The notes below the pieces were generated by a model, which searched no databases, was not told where the DNA came from, and saw nothing but the letters and a program-made list of their open reading frames with translations. A DNA stretch of 64,000 nucleotides from Octopus sinensis. Taxonomy: Eukaryota. A program made the translations under genes and the position numbers. Position 1 is the first letter of the stretch. The number at the start of each line of letters is the position of its first letter. The stretch covers positions 14,322,001 through 14,386,000 of the forward strand of contig NC_043017.1 of the NCBI RefSeq assembly GCF_006345805.1. The letters run 5' to 3'. This document shows, piece after piece, positions 14,963 to 29,788 of this stretch.

Positions 14963-15346
14963 CTGTAATAATAATAATACCAACAACATTATAAGAATAA
15001 GAATAACAGTTTCAAAATTTGGAACAAGGCCAACAATTTTAGGGGATGGGGAAAGGGAATTACATCAAACCCAATACTTGAATGGTACAAAAAGTACTTT
15101 CCTGAAAGAATGAAAGGCAAATTGACATTGAAGGGATTTGAACTCAGAATGCATAGATCCCAAACTAAAAATCACAAGGTATTCTAAGCAACAATGTAAG
15201 GACTCTGCAAATTTGCCACTTAGTTGTTGAATTAAATCCCTGAAAATTCTCTTTTTTCAAAATTAACTAAAACATTAAGAATGTCTCCCATTAGAAATCT
15301 AAGTAAGGAATGGTTAAGAAGCAAGACTGAGAGAATGGTAACTTAC

Positions 15347-15507
15347 TGACATTCTTCTCGTGTGGATTTTGACATGTCTGTACAGTAAAAAAACTTTCCT
15401 TTGAATAATTGCACAGCCATTACAGCAAAAATGAATTGAAATAAAAGATATACAATAAGAATGTTGGATACATTCTTTAATGAGTTCACCACACAATCAA
15501 ACACAGC
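15347..15507 (-). CDS. Cav2: Cav2 exon, IIIS5 ([54 protein letters not shown])
   Basis: 161 nt, tttcag/gtaagt, phase 0 to 2. Confidence 0.97.
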
Positions 15508-16756
15508 CTGAAAATGAAAAAAAGAAAAAATACTGTTTAGAATCATTTAGATTTACCATCCAATCAAGCATAACACATAACCAACAACTGTGTAACAATG
15601 TGTGTGTGTGGGGGAGGGGGAATTTTTTCTGTACCAAGGATAAGATTTTGAGTGAATGTGTGGGGGTTGCACCTATAATCAAAATACAATTTATATTATT
15701 GATACAATAACCCCCCCACACACACACACAAGATACAGCAAAATTCATATAAAATTACTGGTTTTTGTCTTAAGCGATCTTTCTTTTTCTTTTTATTGTT
15801 TGACATGTGAGGTTTTAGATGTTGGTGACATACTTGGATGCAGGCAAGGTGTATTTCCCTTACTTCTGCTTTAAAATTGATTTTAAAATAGAAATGTTAG
15901 GTGTATAGACAGGGAGTTTATGTTGTGTGGATATAGTCAAGGGATATCCAATCAAGGGAAATGTGTAAAGCATGTAAATATATAGAAGGGGTCTAATCAG
16001 GGAGATTGTGTATAGTGTGGAGAGTTTGAAAAGAAAATTAGATTGTCAACCTTCATCTTCAACATAATCTATGTAATTGATTTAATTCAACTGAGAAAAT
16101 TATAAAAATATAAAGAAAAGAAATTATTATAATTGGAAACACAAAAACCTGTCATATACAAATATTTCAGGTGTAGAAATGGTACTAGACATTTCTAAAC
16201 CTACCAATGCTCACTAAACATTGGTAGTAAAACACCATCTAGGATATAATAATAATGATGATGTCTCATTCTGACTCTGAAATGTAATTTGGAAGGTACT
16301 AAATATTAATTTTTTATTTATTGGCAAATTCCACAATCAGAAGAAACTGATGAGGTTTGCATTGCAACAAAAATCAAATTCAAAAACAGTAGCTCCCATG
16401 AAGCTTGGTTGGTGGGAAGAGTGAAAAAGAAATTCTATTTTACCTATTCTTTTGAATAAAAAAGTATTTTGGGACCAACCTCACTGTTAAGGCAACGGTT
16501 AGCCTTGTGAGCCTTAAACAGTCTTCTATATTTTGCCCTATCTTCTAGATCCTCCCTTGATAATCCCTCTGTCCTTACTTCCATCATCCTTTCACCTTTC
16601 TATAAAGTGTTAAACAGCTTCATTCCTCACAATAAGCAAAATTATCAAAAGGTACAAATTCTTTTGGAATCCATGTTTTATGCTTCATCGTTTTATGATT
16701 TCATCACAAAATATTAAAAACTACAGAGATATTTGATAAAAATTTAAAATACTTAC

Positions 16757-16853
16757 TTTTAATTTTGGAATTCTGTTAATGGTTTTTAAGGGACGAAGTA
16801 CACGTAAAACACGTAATGATTTGATAGTATTAAGGTTTCCTCCTGCGCTGTCG
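16757..16853 (-). CDS. Cav2: Cav2 exon, IIIS4 ([33 protein letters not shown])
   Basis: 97 nt, ttttag/gtaagt, phase 2 to 0. Confidence 0.97.
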
Positions 16854-16951
16854 CTAAAAAATACAATGAAATCCCGATATTAATAATTAGTAATTAATAA
16901 TATTTCTAAAATATTACTAATTGAATACTTTATAAGATCTTTCTCTCCCTC

Positions 16952-16986
<35 letters not shown>

Positions 16987-17269
16987 TCATTTTTGCATTT
17001 GGTTTGCAAAATTCTTTATGTGAATTTCTGTCTTGAAACAAATCTTGTTGTGTCTTGGGAGAATCATTACACCAATATTAACAACACGTACACCAGTTCA
17101 ATTCTACCCCTTTATTATTAGTCAATTGGCTAAATATTGATTCCATTAACAAATTGATTGTTTGTTTACTTATTTATTTGTTTAACTTGTTGGTTAAACA
17201 GAAAATCATTTCCATTTTTTTCTTGCTCGTCAAAGTTCTTTCGTCACCATTTGAAACCTTTTCAGTGAC

Positions 17270-17600
17270 TTACACACACACACAAACATGTGCAGGAACA
17301 CACAGACACACGTGCATACAAACACACATACACACAGACATGCATAGCTACACATTCACACAGATATGCACAGGCACACACATGCATGCATGCACACACA
17401 TGCACGCATGCACACACATGCATGCACGCACACACATGCACGCACGCACACACATGCACGCACACACATGCATGCAAGCACACACATACTTATGCACATG
17501 TGCATACACACAAGAACACTCACATACATGTACATGTGCACAGGAATGCACACACATACATGCAGGGATATGCACACACACATGCAGACAATCACATACA
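17270..17600. repeat. CA-derived compound microsatellite with 12-bp cacacatgcacg-type units
   Basis: Direct reading. Source of the HTHMHA/CVCM pseudo-ORFs. Confidence 0.85.
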
Positions 17601-18177
17601 CACCTACCCTATTCTTCTCACCCTCCTCACAGGAAAGAACTACACCCTACAACTTAAACACACCTTACACCCCACCCCATAAACCCATAAACCTAAAGCA
17701 GACACAAGACAAAAGCAAAGAGATAAAGACAAAAGATGAACTCAAAAAGAAGTCAGCAAGGCCTGTGCATACACACCAACACACCCATATATACAAGCAG
17801 TCCCATGAGTACACACACACACAATCAAACCTACAAGACATCCTCACTTTTACTTCCTCTCCCTAACTACACACACATACAAACAATAATGTCTCAGATA
17901 GACGAAGATGGCCTTCAGAGTGAGATAAGTCAGCAAGAAGGTTGTGAATGGTGATGAAAAAACTTTGTCAAACTAAAAAAAATGTTTAATTAAAAAAAAA
18001 GCCGAAAGAAGCTTGACAAACAAAAATAAAAAATATGATTAACTGCTTTAATCAATAAGTTAAGCAAATGATCAATTAGTTAGCTGGATATATATTTAAC
18101 CAACAGACTAATAATAAAGGAGTGAAATTAAACTGGTGCATGTGTTATCAATATTGGCATATTGACTCTCCAAAGCC

Positions 18178-18242
<65 letters not shown>

Positions 18243-18794
18243 GACGGAAGTGATATATAATCAGAAAATATATCCATGATAATTACAAGGTTAATTAATA
18301 CCAGGTCATTAGGCTTCAATATGCTATTACAAGGCAGACCATCTGGATGGAATAAATTTGCAGTTTATTTTTCAGAGAACTGGTTTCAAACAGTTAAGAG
18401 GAACAAATTCAAAATAAAAAGCAGAAAGGCATAAACCTCACATATAGTTCAGAATTTGGTTGTTCTCAAAAATTTTGTAATTGGTTATAAGCATCATTTT
18501 TAAGTAATTACATAATTTAGGTACATAATTAATCGATTTAAAAGTGAGGTCAATGCCAGAATCAAAAACTGGTAAACAAAATTGTTACTGAAGAAATTAT
18601 TTTGTATTTCAAAACATTGAATTTTTAAATGAAGCCAGCAAAAAAAAAAAAAAAAAAAAAAAAAATTGTAATCAAGAGAAAATTTCATAGTTTATTTTTC
18701 TTCATCATAAAAAAAAAATGTAATTTGCCAAACTGAAACGTACTTGTTAAATTCTTTAACCAAAATAAGTGAAAAATCAATTTAAAATACTTAC

Positions 18795-18901
18795 CTGAAT
18801 GCAAAAGCTACCAAAGCACATATGACAACCGTTGCATCCAGAATGTTCCATGCATCCCGACAATAAGCGCCAGGATGAAGTATTATACCAAGATCTACAA
18901 T
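18795..18901 (-). CDS. Cav2: Cav2 exon, IIIS3 ([35 protein letters not shown])
   Basis: 107 nt, tttcag/gtaagt, phase 0 to 2. Confidence 0.97.
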
Positions 18902-19905
18902 CTGAAAATAGAGTTTTGTAGATAACAGAGTGAGAGAAATTGCAGGAATTGGAAATAAAAGGCAAACATTATTAGTTTTGAAATCTATATTTTCAAACAG
19001 TAAAGTAAGAATGTAATTAGACAAGACTTTTTTTATTAATTATCATTATCTATGTGAATAATTTTGAGTATAAAAGGCAGGGTATGTAAATTAATGAATA
19101 TTAATTAATGTCTGTTCTTTGGTCACATTGATGGCAGCATTAAACATGTTTTACTTTTGGTAGACCACATCAGTATACTTTAACCATTATTACTGCCACA
19201 GTCTAACTATTACTCCTGCAGTCCACCACATGGAAGATGTTGCAATTAACACACTTGGCCAGTGGATCTAACATTTATAATTAACACTCATTACTTAACA
19301 GCATGTTGGTCTGGCATTTCTAAGAAACTGAAGAATTTCTTGCCACAGTCAATATGGCCACATTTCCAACTCTGAGCTAATGAGCGAGTCTCTGTATGGT
19401 CACTCAGTCTGCAAGAAACAGCTGCCACATCACCTCAAAATTCACAATCTATTGTCTATAGAGACAAGACACAACAATGTAATCCCATATACATCACAAA
19501 GATGTGAAGGTCATGGCAGGACTACTTTTGACGACATGTTGGTTCAATAGGGATTAAGATGGGATTAAACAATAACAAGTTAAACTCTCTTTAACAGCCG
19601 TGTTAAATTCCCTACACAAATTGCTGTGTATAATATTTATTTCCTAATTTTCTCTCTCATTTCCTCTATCTAAACCAGCTACTTCACTGTCTCTACTGAT
19701 ACCACCAAGGGGCTGCCCCATAATGTGGCAGACAATCAGCTACACCAAGATCAACACTCAGACGCTGACTGTATGAAATGAAAGGTGAAAAGCGAGGACC
19801 TGGAAACTGTTGAAGTTGATCATATTTGACAACAGATTGATGGAGAATGGAGTTTAGAGATGATAGGGGCAAATCAGGGACAGCAGAAGAGATGCATTAT
19901 TTCTT

Positions 19906-19936
<31 letters not shown>

Positions 19937-20159
19937 GACCACTACCACTACCACCACCACCATCATATGTACATGGCACCTACAATAGACAGGGTTGTTC
20001 AACCATCAAAGATCTCACTTTTAAGGAACTCAACATTATCATTGATTTTGCATTGACAAGTGAAGGATGAAATGAAGACATGTGTAGGTATATGTCAATG
20101 TATGTGTATATAAATGTGTGTATGTGTGTGAGTTAGAGGAATAGAAAGAGCTGACATAC

Positions 20160-20349
20160 CTTTAGTAACATTTCTATAGTAAAAACTCCAGTAAAAACAT
20201 AATCAAAATAATTTAATATTTGGTTGTTTACAGACTCGTCGTTGACAGGGTCTTCTGCAGCCAGAGCGATACTACTGGCACAAATAACGATCATGATGAA
20301 TAAGTCAAAATAACGTAGGTTGACCACAAAATGACAAAAGCGGCGGACA
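20160..20349 (-). CDS. Cav2: Cav2 exon, IIIS1-S2 ([35 protein letters not shown]...FTIEMLLK)
   Basis: 190 nt, ttgcag/gtatgt, phase 2 to 0. Confidence 0.97.
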
Positions 20350-20874
20350 CTGCAAAAGTGAAAGAGAGAAACGGGTGAGATCGATTACAAAATTAGAGGT
20401 GGTCTCAGGAAGCTTATTAAAATAGTTCAGAGCCAGGGTACTGTTGTATGTTATAAAAAGAATTTAAATGTTTAATAAATTTAAACACTATGAAACAAAA
20501 TGTCACTTTTAATTAAATACTAGTTTGAGTTTGATCATGTAATTAACAAAGGAGTTATAATGATTGGAATGAAATCAATTTAGATTTTTAATCCAAACAT
20601 TTGCACACAAACATACATGTATAACAAAATGTTTTATAGCAATTCTTTTGTTGCAGCAGTTCTTGTTTTGGGAACTCATTCCATTCAAATATTTATTGTA
20701 TAAAACAGCTAAAATAATCTCCTACAAAATCAGTTCCAATAATCCTTAGAGCCAGTAATTCTACAGCTGGTTTTACAAGACCATACTTGCAACAAAGACA
20801 CAATAATATTAAAAATACTCTGTTAAATACTGACACAAACCATTAATTAGAGAGATATGAGAATTGACACTTAC

Positions 20875-20992
20875 GGATTGGTCGGACCGAAAATAAACAT
20901 AGAACTATAAGGCAACATAGGTTTTGGGCCACCAAATGCAGGTTCTTCTGAATTTCCGTCTTGGGGTTGGATATTCAGACTAGAAGTGCTGC
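20875..20992 (-). CDS. Cav2: Cav2 exon, distal II-III linker (STSSLNIQPQDGNSEEPAFGGPKPMLPYSSMFIFGPTNP)
   Basis: 118 nt, tttcag/gtaagt, phase 1 to 2. Confidence 0.96.
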
Positions 20993-23900
20993 CTGAAAAC
21001 AAATTAAGGAATACAATTAGAAGATTATTTCACTTGTTTCACAGCAGAAGATATTTTGTCCTTTCAAGATTTCTCTTTAATATTTGTTTTGAGAGAGAAA
21101 ATAAATTTACATATCTGAACTCACAATCATTTAATTAAATACAGACAATTAATTAAATTTTCAAATTGCTAATTATTCTCAGAAAAAATGTTACATTTAT
21201 AATTTATTCACAATGAAAATTTATTTTATTTGAAGACAAACTGACTACAACTAATTTATAACACTTATGAAGGTTTTAAACAATATTTATTAAAAATTGG
21301 ATATCTTATTTTAAAATATAATTTCTGTTCATTTAAATTTTAATTGTGCAAATTTTGTGAATGAAATTTTGTATAAAACAAAATAGTGAACTATCAAATA
21401 AAACTTTCATTCTAAGCAATATCTTTAATTATAAAGGCTAAAAAATAGTTTGCTTTTTAAAAAATGCATAAATCTTCAGGATTTGCAATGATAACAAATT
21501 GGCATTTAGCTCAAGTCACAAAAGTTGTGTATGGCTTCAGTTCAAGATAAAAACTTGTAGTCATGCTTTAAGCAATATTGACATTTCTTCTTTCTCAATA
21601 TTTATTGCATAATTTTATTTCTCATGTCTAGAAAACAGAGAAATATCAGGACTTGCCTGAGTTGGAAGTAGCTAAATCATTAACACATCTTTTACACACA
21701 CACACACACACACATGTGTATGTGTGTATGCATGCATGTGTGAAGAAAACAGGGAGCTAACACACTTCAGTTAATTATTTTACTCATTAAACAGATACTA
21801 ATATTTTGGATAATTTTAATTAGCAATATAATTTTATTTAGAAGCTTACTAATTGAAAAAATTGTCTGACACCAAATTAAACCTTTTCTTCTTGTTATAT
21901 TATTTTTATTTTCACTTTAAATGAAAATTTTATATATGAAATATAGAATGCATAAAGTTTTTATTAATTAATTAATTAAAGAGTAATTAAAGACAGAGAA
22001 TCAGCAGAATCAGGATGAAAGACCAAATGGTTGCAGTGTTTAGTTGCAAACCTTCAGGGTTTTAGGTGCAAATCTCACTTAGACTGATTCTGTTCTTCAT
22101 ATTTCCACAGCCAATAAAATTCCAATTAGGTCGTGGGGGTCAATATAATTTACTGTACATGACCCATCCCCATAACTAAATGTGAGACAGTGTGTATATG
22201 CTAGAATGCAACACTTTAAAGTAAATATAACCAATCAAAACAAAGTTTTCCAAAGTTGTCGAAAGAGTTTTTTTTTCTGTATCATTGAACCATGTCTGAT
22301 TTGAATTTTGAGGAAGAAATAAAAATGTTTTGTGAAGTTTCTTTGGATGTTATGGAGAATAACATTCCAAGATAGAAAGATGAAGTAGCAGTGAAATAGT
22401 TGTAACAAAACAACTGAAGAAACAATATCATTTCTCTTAGCCTTACAAGAAGGAAAACATCCAGCAAGTTAGAGACTAGACATAGTACTAGTTACTGTTC
22501 ATGTTGAAACCCAGCAGAAGTGAAACCTTGCATAGAGAAAGAAATACTCAAAAAATGTAAAATACATGAGTAAAAAGAATTTAGTGACAATCAAATGAAA
22601 TATAGAAATTCTCATGAGAAAATGGTCATGGCATCAATAATAATAATTGTCGACATGCAACCAATAAGTGATTCAGAAGTTTTAACATGCTTTCTCATTA
22701 AATTGTATTTTTTAACCTCATAGTTACAAGAACCTTCATATACCGACAGAATTCATTGACATGCAATAAAAATAGAAAATTTTGTCTGTAAACTGAAGTG
22801 TGAATAGACAAGAAAATGTAGTTTTGCAAACTGTCTTTGAATAACATGCTTATTCTGCTTTTGGAACTGTAAAAATATTTGACAGACATTTGAAGCATTT
22901 GATATTAAAAGACAAGAATGCATAAGACTGAAAATAATAGGACCAAATACCATTATTTCTAGCAGATATTACATATTTTGCAGTCTATGTATTTGGTGCA
23001 GGTGTGTGGTTACTGTCTACGTGAAGAATGGGTGTATAACAGTCTATGTTATATGAGTGAAGGGTGCAAGCTTGTGGATAGATGTGTATATAAAGTGCAG
23101 GTACTGTTGTGTGGTTAAATAGTTTATTCAGCAATTATGGGGTTTTGGAATTTGATTCTAATTTGTAAGTAAAACTTGATAAACAGGAACTATATCAGAG
23201 AGGCCATTCCTGGGTTTGAGAAGAAGACTTAAACCACCACCTGGTTTCATACCACCATCTGGCTCTTATGTGCCTTTCATGAAGTTCTTTTTCTTGCAAT
23301 CATTTGGTCAGGTTTCTGGTCTGAGGGTAACTTCTTGCCACCAGTCACAAAACCCCAGATGAAAATATCAACTGATTCTTCTCTGATTAATCTATTAAAG
23401 AATAATATCTAAAATATGAGGAATAATGAAGTACAATTCATAGTTTTTAGTCATTGTACTCACAATGTCTGGTCAGTAAATCAAAGAGAACTTTATTTAC
23501 TTGGTCCTTATACATGAGGACAAAACCTTCTGCAGTGATAGGTATATTCTCTCTTACTTTTAGCTGCATGAAATGGAAGGGTCATATGTGTGATTTGTAA
23601 CATGCAGAGTTTGGTGAATAAATAATTTGAAACATGCAATTTAAAACTTAGTTTATAAGTTTAGTCACAACAAGGAAAAGAATGATTTTTTCTCTCCTTT
23701 CTTTATTCCTTAAATATATCTTAATTTATGTGAATTAAATAGGGATCACATACTCCTTAACTCTAACTGTGCCTGGTCTGTTCTTCAGTTAGATAGACAT
23801 ATTTGTAAGGAAACAGTAGCTCATGAATATGTAATCTCTATCTGGCATAAATTAACATATATTACATTTGATGTACTGAACACACTTTTGTGTGTGTGTG

Positions 23901-24849
23901 TCTATATGTTTGTGTAGATAAAAATAAAATTTAAAACTAGAAAAAGCTTGCATTATTTCATGTTTCTGTCTAATATTGGTGTGGTAGTGTGAAGACAAAT
24001 CTAAACATGAGGGTTCAGTGAAATAAGATTGCAGGGAATTAAACTACAAAAAGAAAGAAAGAAAGAAAGAAAGAACTGAAGGTTTTTAAAACAATTTCAC
24101 TTCATTCAACATAAAGTAATAAATGTTTTGAATGACTAAAGTTGATCTAAAGGAACGAATGACTTGTCTACTGAGAAGACAAAGAAAAATGACAAAAGTG
24201 AAAACCAAAGATATAAAAACCAATCAATACTGATGGGAGAAATGAATCTTTAAAAGAACTAAAACCCTTCAGAAATATTCAAAAGGAATACGCAAGCGGA
24301 GCCATTAAGAAAAGAAAATCTTCTAAATGTGATGATATCTTTGAATATTAATGATGTGCAGTCAATAGGTTTTAGAAGAAATTTCAAAGTTTCTAAAGAC
24401 ACAAAGAAGATAAATTTAGAGTTAGAATTAAAGTTACTAATTTCTGAGAATTTTAATGAATTCAAAAGGAATTTGAGGAAACAAACCAATACGAATGAAA
24501 CAAAATTTGCTTTTTGTTGCAGAAGTAAAAGATTTTAGTAAAGAATTTGTTTTTCATTAAAGAAATTAAAATTTGAATAAACTATTTTGTCATTATTTGA
24601 TTCTCAAAAAAAAAAAAAGAAAAAAAAAAAAGAAAGTTTAATTTTCGGCATGCATCAGTTTGGTTGGAACGAAAATTACAGTTGCAAGCGGAAAATTATT
24701 GAATATTCTGATTTCCTAAAGTAAAAAATTTTTAAAGACAGGTAGTGACCAGCGCCACCAGCACTATCACCACCACCATCACCACCACCACCAACACCAG
24801 CACCATAATCATTACAAAAGAGAACATTCTTCCTTGGAAGACACATTAC

Positions 24850-24876
24850 CTGGTTGAGTATTGATTCTGTTTGCAT
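24850..24876 (-). CDS. Cav2: Candidate Cav2 II-III linker microexon, 27 nt (N-ANRINTQP-G)
   Basis: Acceptor atttttattcatag, donor CAG|gtaatg, symmetric phase 1 to 1, no stop. It can be skipped without a frameshift. Confidence 0.6.
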
Positions 24877-25169
24877 CTATGAATAAAAATCAATGACAAA
24901 AAAATATGTAATTGAAGAAAGTTCGACCATTAATTTACCTCAAAAATAAACTGAATCTTTAAAGAAGGAAAAAAATATGTAACAATATTAGAGTGAATCG
25001 AAATTAAATGAGTTTTACATTTTATGCAAATTAACCTAGCTTTATACAACATTAGTTCACATCATTACGTTACGTTACACTTAACAGCATGTTCTTCGTG
25101 CAGAGGAGGGGAAAGTTTCCCATGGCATTATTTTATTTTGCTCAGTCAGTGAATGGTTTCTACTTAAAG

Positions 25170-25203
<34 letters not shown>

Positions 25204-26058
25204 TAAATGCACAAATGTTATTATGATAGTCATTTAAAGCTCTGACAAGTGCATATGGGACTATATTGTGCTAAGGTGGCCTAATAAAGATGAAATATCT
25301 CTAAAGATGTCACTATATTTACCAAACATCAAATTCCCTGCTCACTCTCTATATCTCTATTCAATTTTTAATTGGTTTGGATTTCAAGGTTGCCTCCCTT
25401 GTCTTTTTTCATAACAATTGTCATTAACATTAATGATTTCATCTTTTCATACAGCCATAATCCTAATTACAAATGTTTTGGAGCTCACTACATCAAGTAT
25501 GTTAGCCTCTACTTAACTGTGTGTCCTTTATGCAGAAAGTTATAGCCATGCCATTAGCTTCATGAACATTAAATATGGACATAGGTAGAGAAACCATGAG
25601 AGGAACAGAAATGAGTGGGAGGTGACATGTTATTTTCTATTTTAATTGCTGAACACTGGATCACTGTACTAACTGGAGTAACAGTGACAAAGAAATGCTT
25701 GGAACTTAATGCAGAACAGTTTGCAAAAATACCAGTATTCTTGCCAAAATCTGTACCCTTAGCTGATATATTTCAGCAAAATATATACATACACACACAT
25801 ACACACACAGTTTTCTTCTTCCAAATTTCACTTATAAGGTATTTCCTAATACCTTATTAGACTTCTGGGGTCTGGCAGAAGAATTTGGACAAGGTACCAC
25901 ATAGTGGGATAGATTCTGCAGTCATGTAATTATCAAATGCACTTGTTACCTGCACTCGCATATCAATATTATATTTGTATTTCATTTGTGAAAGAAATTT
26001 TCTACAACACAAGAAACTATGAATTGAATAATTAATAATTATATTTCATTAAACTTAC

Positions 26059-26186
26059 TTGATTCATTTAAACTGACATTATCAAGTGGGGAGCGTTCCT
26101 TTTTCAAATTTGAGTCCATGTCAATTTTATTTCGCTCGCCTTTTAAGTTGTTCTGGTTAAGATTTGAGTCCAAACGGGAAGTATGA
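26059..26186 (-). CDS. Cav2: Cav2 II-III linker exon (HTSRLDSNLNQNNLKGERNKIDMDSNLKKERSPLDNVSLNES); alternative start at 26198
   Basis: 128 nt (or 140 nt from the upstream AG), tttcag/gtaagt, phase 2 to 1. It is the only candidate I found that bridges the required phases. Confidence 0.86.
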
Positions 26187-29100
26187 CTGAAAGAAATACT
26201 GTAAGTGAAAAATTTTATCTTAACAACCGAATAAACATTTGTGCAGAAGAAAACTAAGATTTAACAGGTCTGACTAGATAAGAGTGAGGAGGAGGGCAAG
26301 GCAGTTAATGCTGCTGAGAAAACTGAAAGATGAAAATCAAAAACAGAACATTAGTAAAAGTTGACTTGAAATTAAAATGGAAATGATTTATGGAAACTAA
26401 ACGAAGGAAGAAGCAAACGAAATAAAACTTGGTGTGCAATAAAAAAGAAGGTGAGGAAGAAAGAAAAGTGATGTTTAAACATGACCAAACATGGAATATT
26501 TGATACAACACGAATAATGAAGTCTACATGCTGCTTTCATTGTCTTTTGTAGATAATTGGAAGTTTATGTAGAATGTATGTGTTGTAGTCATGTATGTAT
26601 AATGTACAATAAAAATGTAAGGGCTTGTCATTTTTACACAACTAGACTGTATGACGTGCGTATATAAAAGGTAGAACACAAAGGTCACCTCAAAGGTCAA
26701 CATATCTAATTGCTGCAGAATGAAGTGTGAGTGTGTGTGTGTGCTTAATGTATATGTTTGTGTATGTGCACACAAACAAACAAACTAATATTTGTTTTTA
26801 TAAGTATTGAAATGTGTATTGAATGATAAAAATTAGATGACATTTTTCCAAACACAGAAATATTGGGTAAATTACTTTTATAAAGCAGAAAAATTTGTCA
26901 ATAACCAGCCATGTTTCTTATGTTGTAGAAAATGGTTGGTTGTTGACAAATTTTGGTAAGGCTAATTTATCTAATATTTCTGCTGTTCTGTGTTTGAATA
27001 AATATCATCTAATTTGAATTGTATATGTTTATGTATAATGTACAGTCTATGTATGGAGAAAGGTGAAAGTTTTGTTAAATTTGTATGTAATATATAAGGA
27101 GTGTGTATAATGTATGTATGGACTTGTAAAGGTTCACTTTCTATAAGTTTATATAATGTATAACAATGATGAAATTTGACAGTATTTCATATTGATTTGA
27201 TAAGAAGGAGCTGTAGCTAGAGGCAGTACAGACTCCACAGATTGATTCTGACTGATATAACCAGAAGTCTTTGAGAAATTTCTCAGAAAAATAATTTCAT
27301 CAAAGATATTTCTTATTTTTATGGGTTTCAGTTTTGTTATTGCCCACATCTGGTCTGGTCGTTCATGCATGTTCTCTTACTGTCCACACCTGATGCAGTG
27401 GGCTGTACATGATCACTGGACCTGCTAGAAATAACAGCCAATTCTCCTTCAACTCACACTCTACCGTCATAAATTATTAGAACACACAAGATTATGTAAT
27501 CCTTCACACCTCCAGAGAACACAGGATGGTCATAGATGCAATACTTTTTATCATGGTTCAAGTTTGACCAGAACTGAGGTGGGGTTCAAACAACTTCAGA
27601 TATCAGAGATGATCATGAAAGAGACTTGTTTACCTTTGCTATAAATATATTGACAATCACAAACATTAACACCTGTGGTCTATACATTAATTAATAAAAA
27701 AGACATTATGGGGTTACACTACACTTATGGACATAGATGTGGGTTACAATGATTAGGCATAAACCCATTGTAAGGTAGAGAATTTGTCTCTCCTGGTATG
27801 TGAACACTGGCACCAGTTGACTGAGCAGACAACACCAACAGTGATATTAAAAGGAGTAAGTTTAGCAGATATTATAGGATGTTATATGGCATGAGAAAAT
27901 ACTTTAAGAAGTGTTGGTCATGCACTCCACCTAGACTTACTTCCAATCATTTTCACCTTATTTCATCTCTGAACCAATAAAGACTTGAAGAAAAGACTCA
28001 CCCTAATATTTCAAGGGTCTCTCCATCCCTTAAAACCAATTATACACAAAATAAACAGAAAAGTGCCCCAACAGTTGTGTGGAGAGAGCAGAGGGTGAGA
28101 CAAGAGATGAAGAAGCATTGAATATGAAACTTCAACTCTATTGTGAGAAGAAGGGGTTAGAAAAGATATCCCAGCCATCAGCATATATATTGAACAGGAT
28201 ACAGTATAATGAAATAAGTACCTGCATGTTGCAGAGATTTATTTATAGATATATTCTGGGTTATATAGGTAGATATATATGTCAACTACGAAAAGCTATG
28301 ATCCCTTATGGTGTATATATCACTCAGTAGGCTATAGCATATCAGAGAGAAATATTAGTCAGGAATGGCTCAGAAGAGGATTAAGACCAAATATTTTGTT
28401 CTATTGTGAAAAGAAGGAGAGAGCGATAGATGGGACTAGAACAAAATAGAACCATAATCCATCACAGAAACTTTTATAGGAATCGGTAAATAGGATTCAA
28501 CTGATGGATAATGTATGTGTGTCTGCATGTACCTATGGATATATGACTGTGTGGACGTGCATCTGTGTGTGAATGTTTGTATATCTGATGAGGTGGACAT
28601 ATCCTTCATCCACAAAACTTTAAGTAATGTAGAGCAGGTTCAAACTGGTATTAAATACATGTAACTCCAACCAAATGTGTTGAGTGCTGCTTTCTTTAGC
28701 TTGCTCACCTACCCACATGTGTGTGTGTGTGTGTGTGTGTGTGCATGCACACACAGGTTTCAAAGTGCAAAAGGATATATAATTATGTGAATATATATGT
28801 GTGTGTTTATATATATATATATATACATACACACACATACATTCACACACACACACATTTACAAAAATATATAACAAAGAGCAATAAGAAAATGAATTTA
28901 AAAGAACTGCTGTATAAGTTACATAAATATTTATACTTACCAAAATATACAAGAAATCAATTTAATTTAACTATAACTTCATATAGACAATACCTTTTAT
29001 ACTAACATTGCTACAATATATATATATATGTATTGCTGCCTAGTCTAGCTCTCTTTTGCATATATGTATATAGTTGGTAAATAAATTTACATGTGTATGT

Positions 29101-29788
29101 TTAAGAAACAGGTATTTAGCTCAAATTAATCTTGTGGTTAAATGTATATTATACATACATATATACACACATACACACATGCTATTATCTATCACTCCTT
29201 GAAGGGCCTGGCAACATAGATGCATGTACTCTAATCTACAATACAAAATAAATATCACCAACGATTTAGATATTAAATACAATGACAGTCATAAAGAAAT
29301 GAACCATTCTCCTAGAATGGTTGTACTCCAGCATGGCCTTAGTTACAACTGATAAAAGAAACTTGAGTTCTGAAGAGAAATATCTACATTCTAAAGTTCT
29401 TTATTATAATTGGTTATTTCATGTTTACATCTACTAGAGTGCTGTTTTGGTTGTTATTAACAAGTTAATAATTCTAAAGTAAAGATTAGTAGCAATTAAA
29501 ATGAGTTAATTTAGAAGTTGTTAAAAAAGTTGATCACAGGAAAGACAGCTAACAGAGAAATTCAAGTATTTCAGATAAACATTAACCCTCAGCCAGAAAC
29601 ACTAAAACATATTTAGAGGTGGGCACTTACCCTACAGTTTTAAACATCTTCAATAAAACAATGAAAAAGTCAAAACTTTAAAAAAAAGAAAGAAAAATTT
29701 CCACTTGAAAAAATACCATTCCAAGTTTGGGCTTTGATCGGCATTTCCATTATTTTGTTTTTCTCTCAGATTTAATAATTATACCTAC

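Noticed and set aside
24259-24538. Stop-free frames on both strands in a purine-skewed block
   Set aside because: Low-complexity composition, no splice signals that fit the gene, and no motif.
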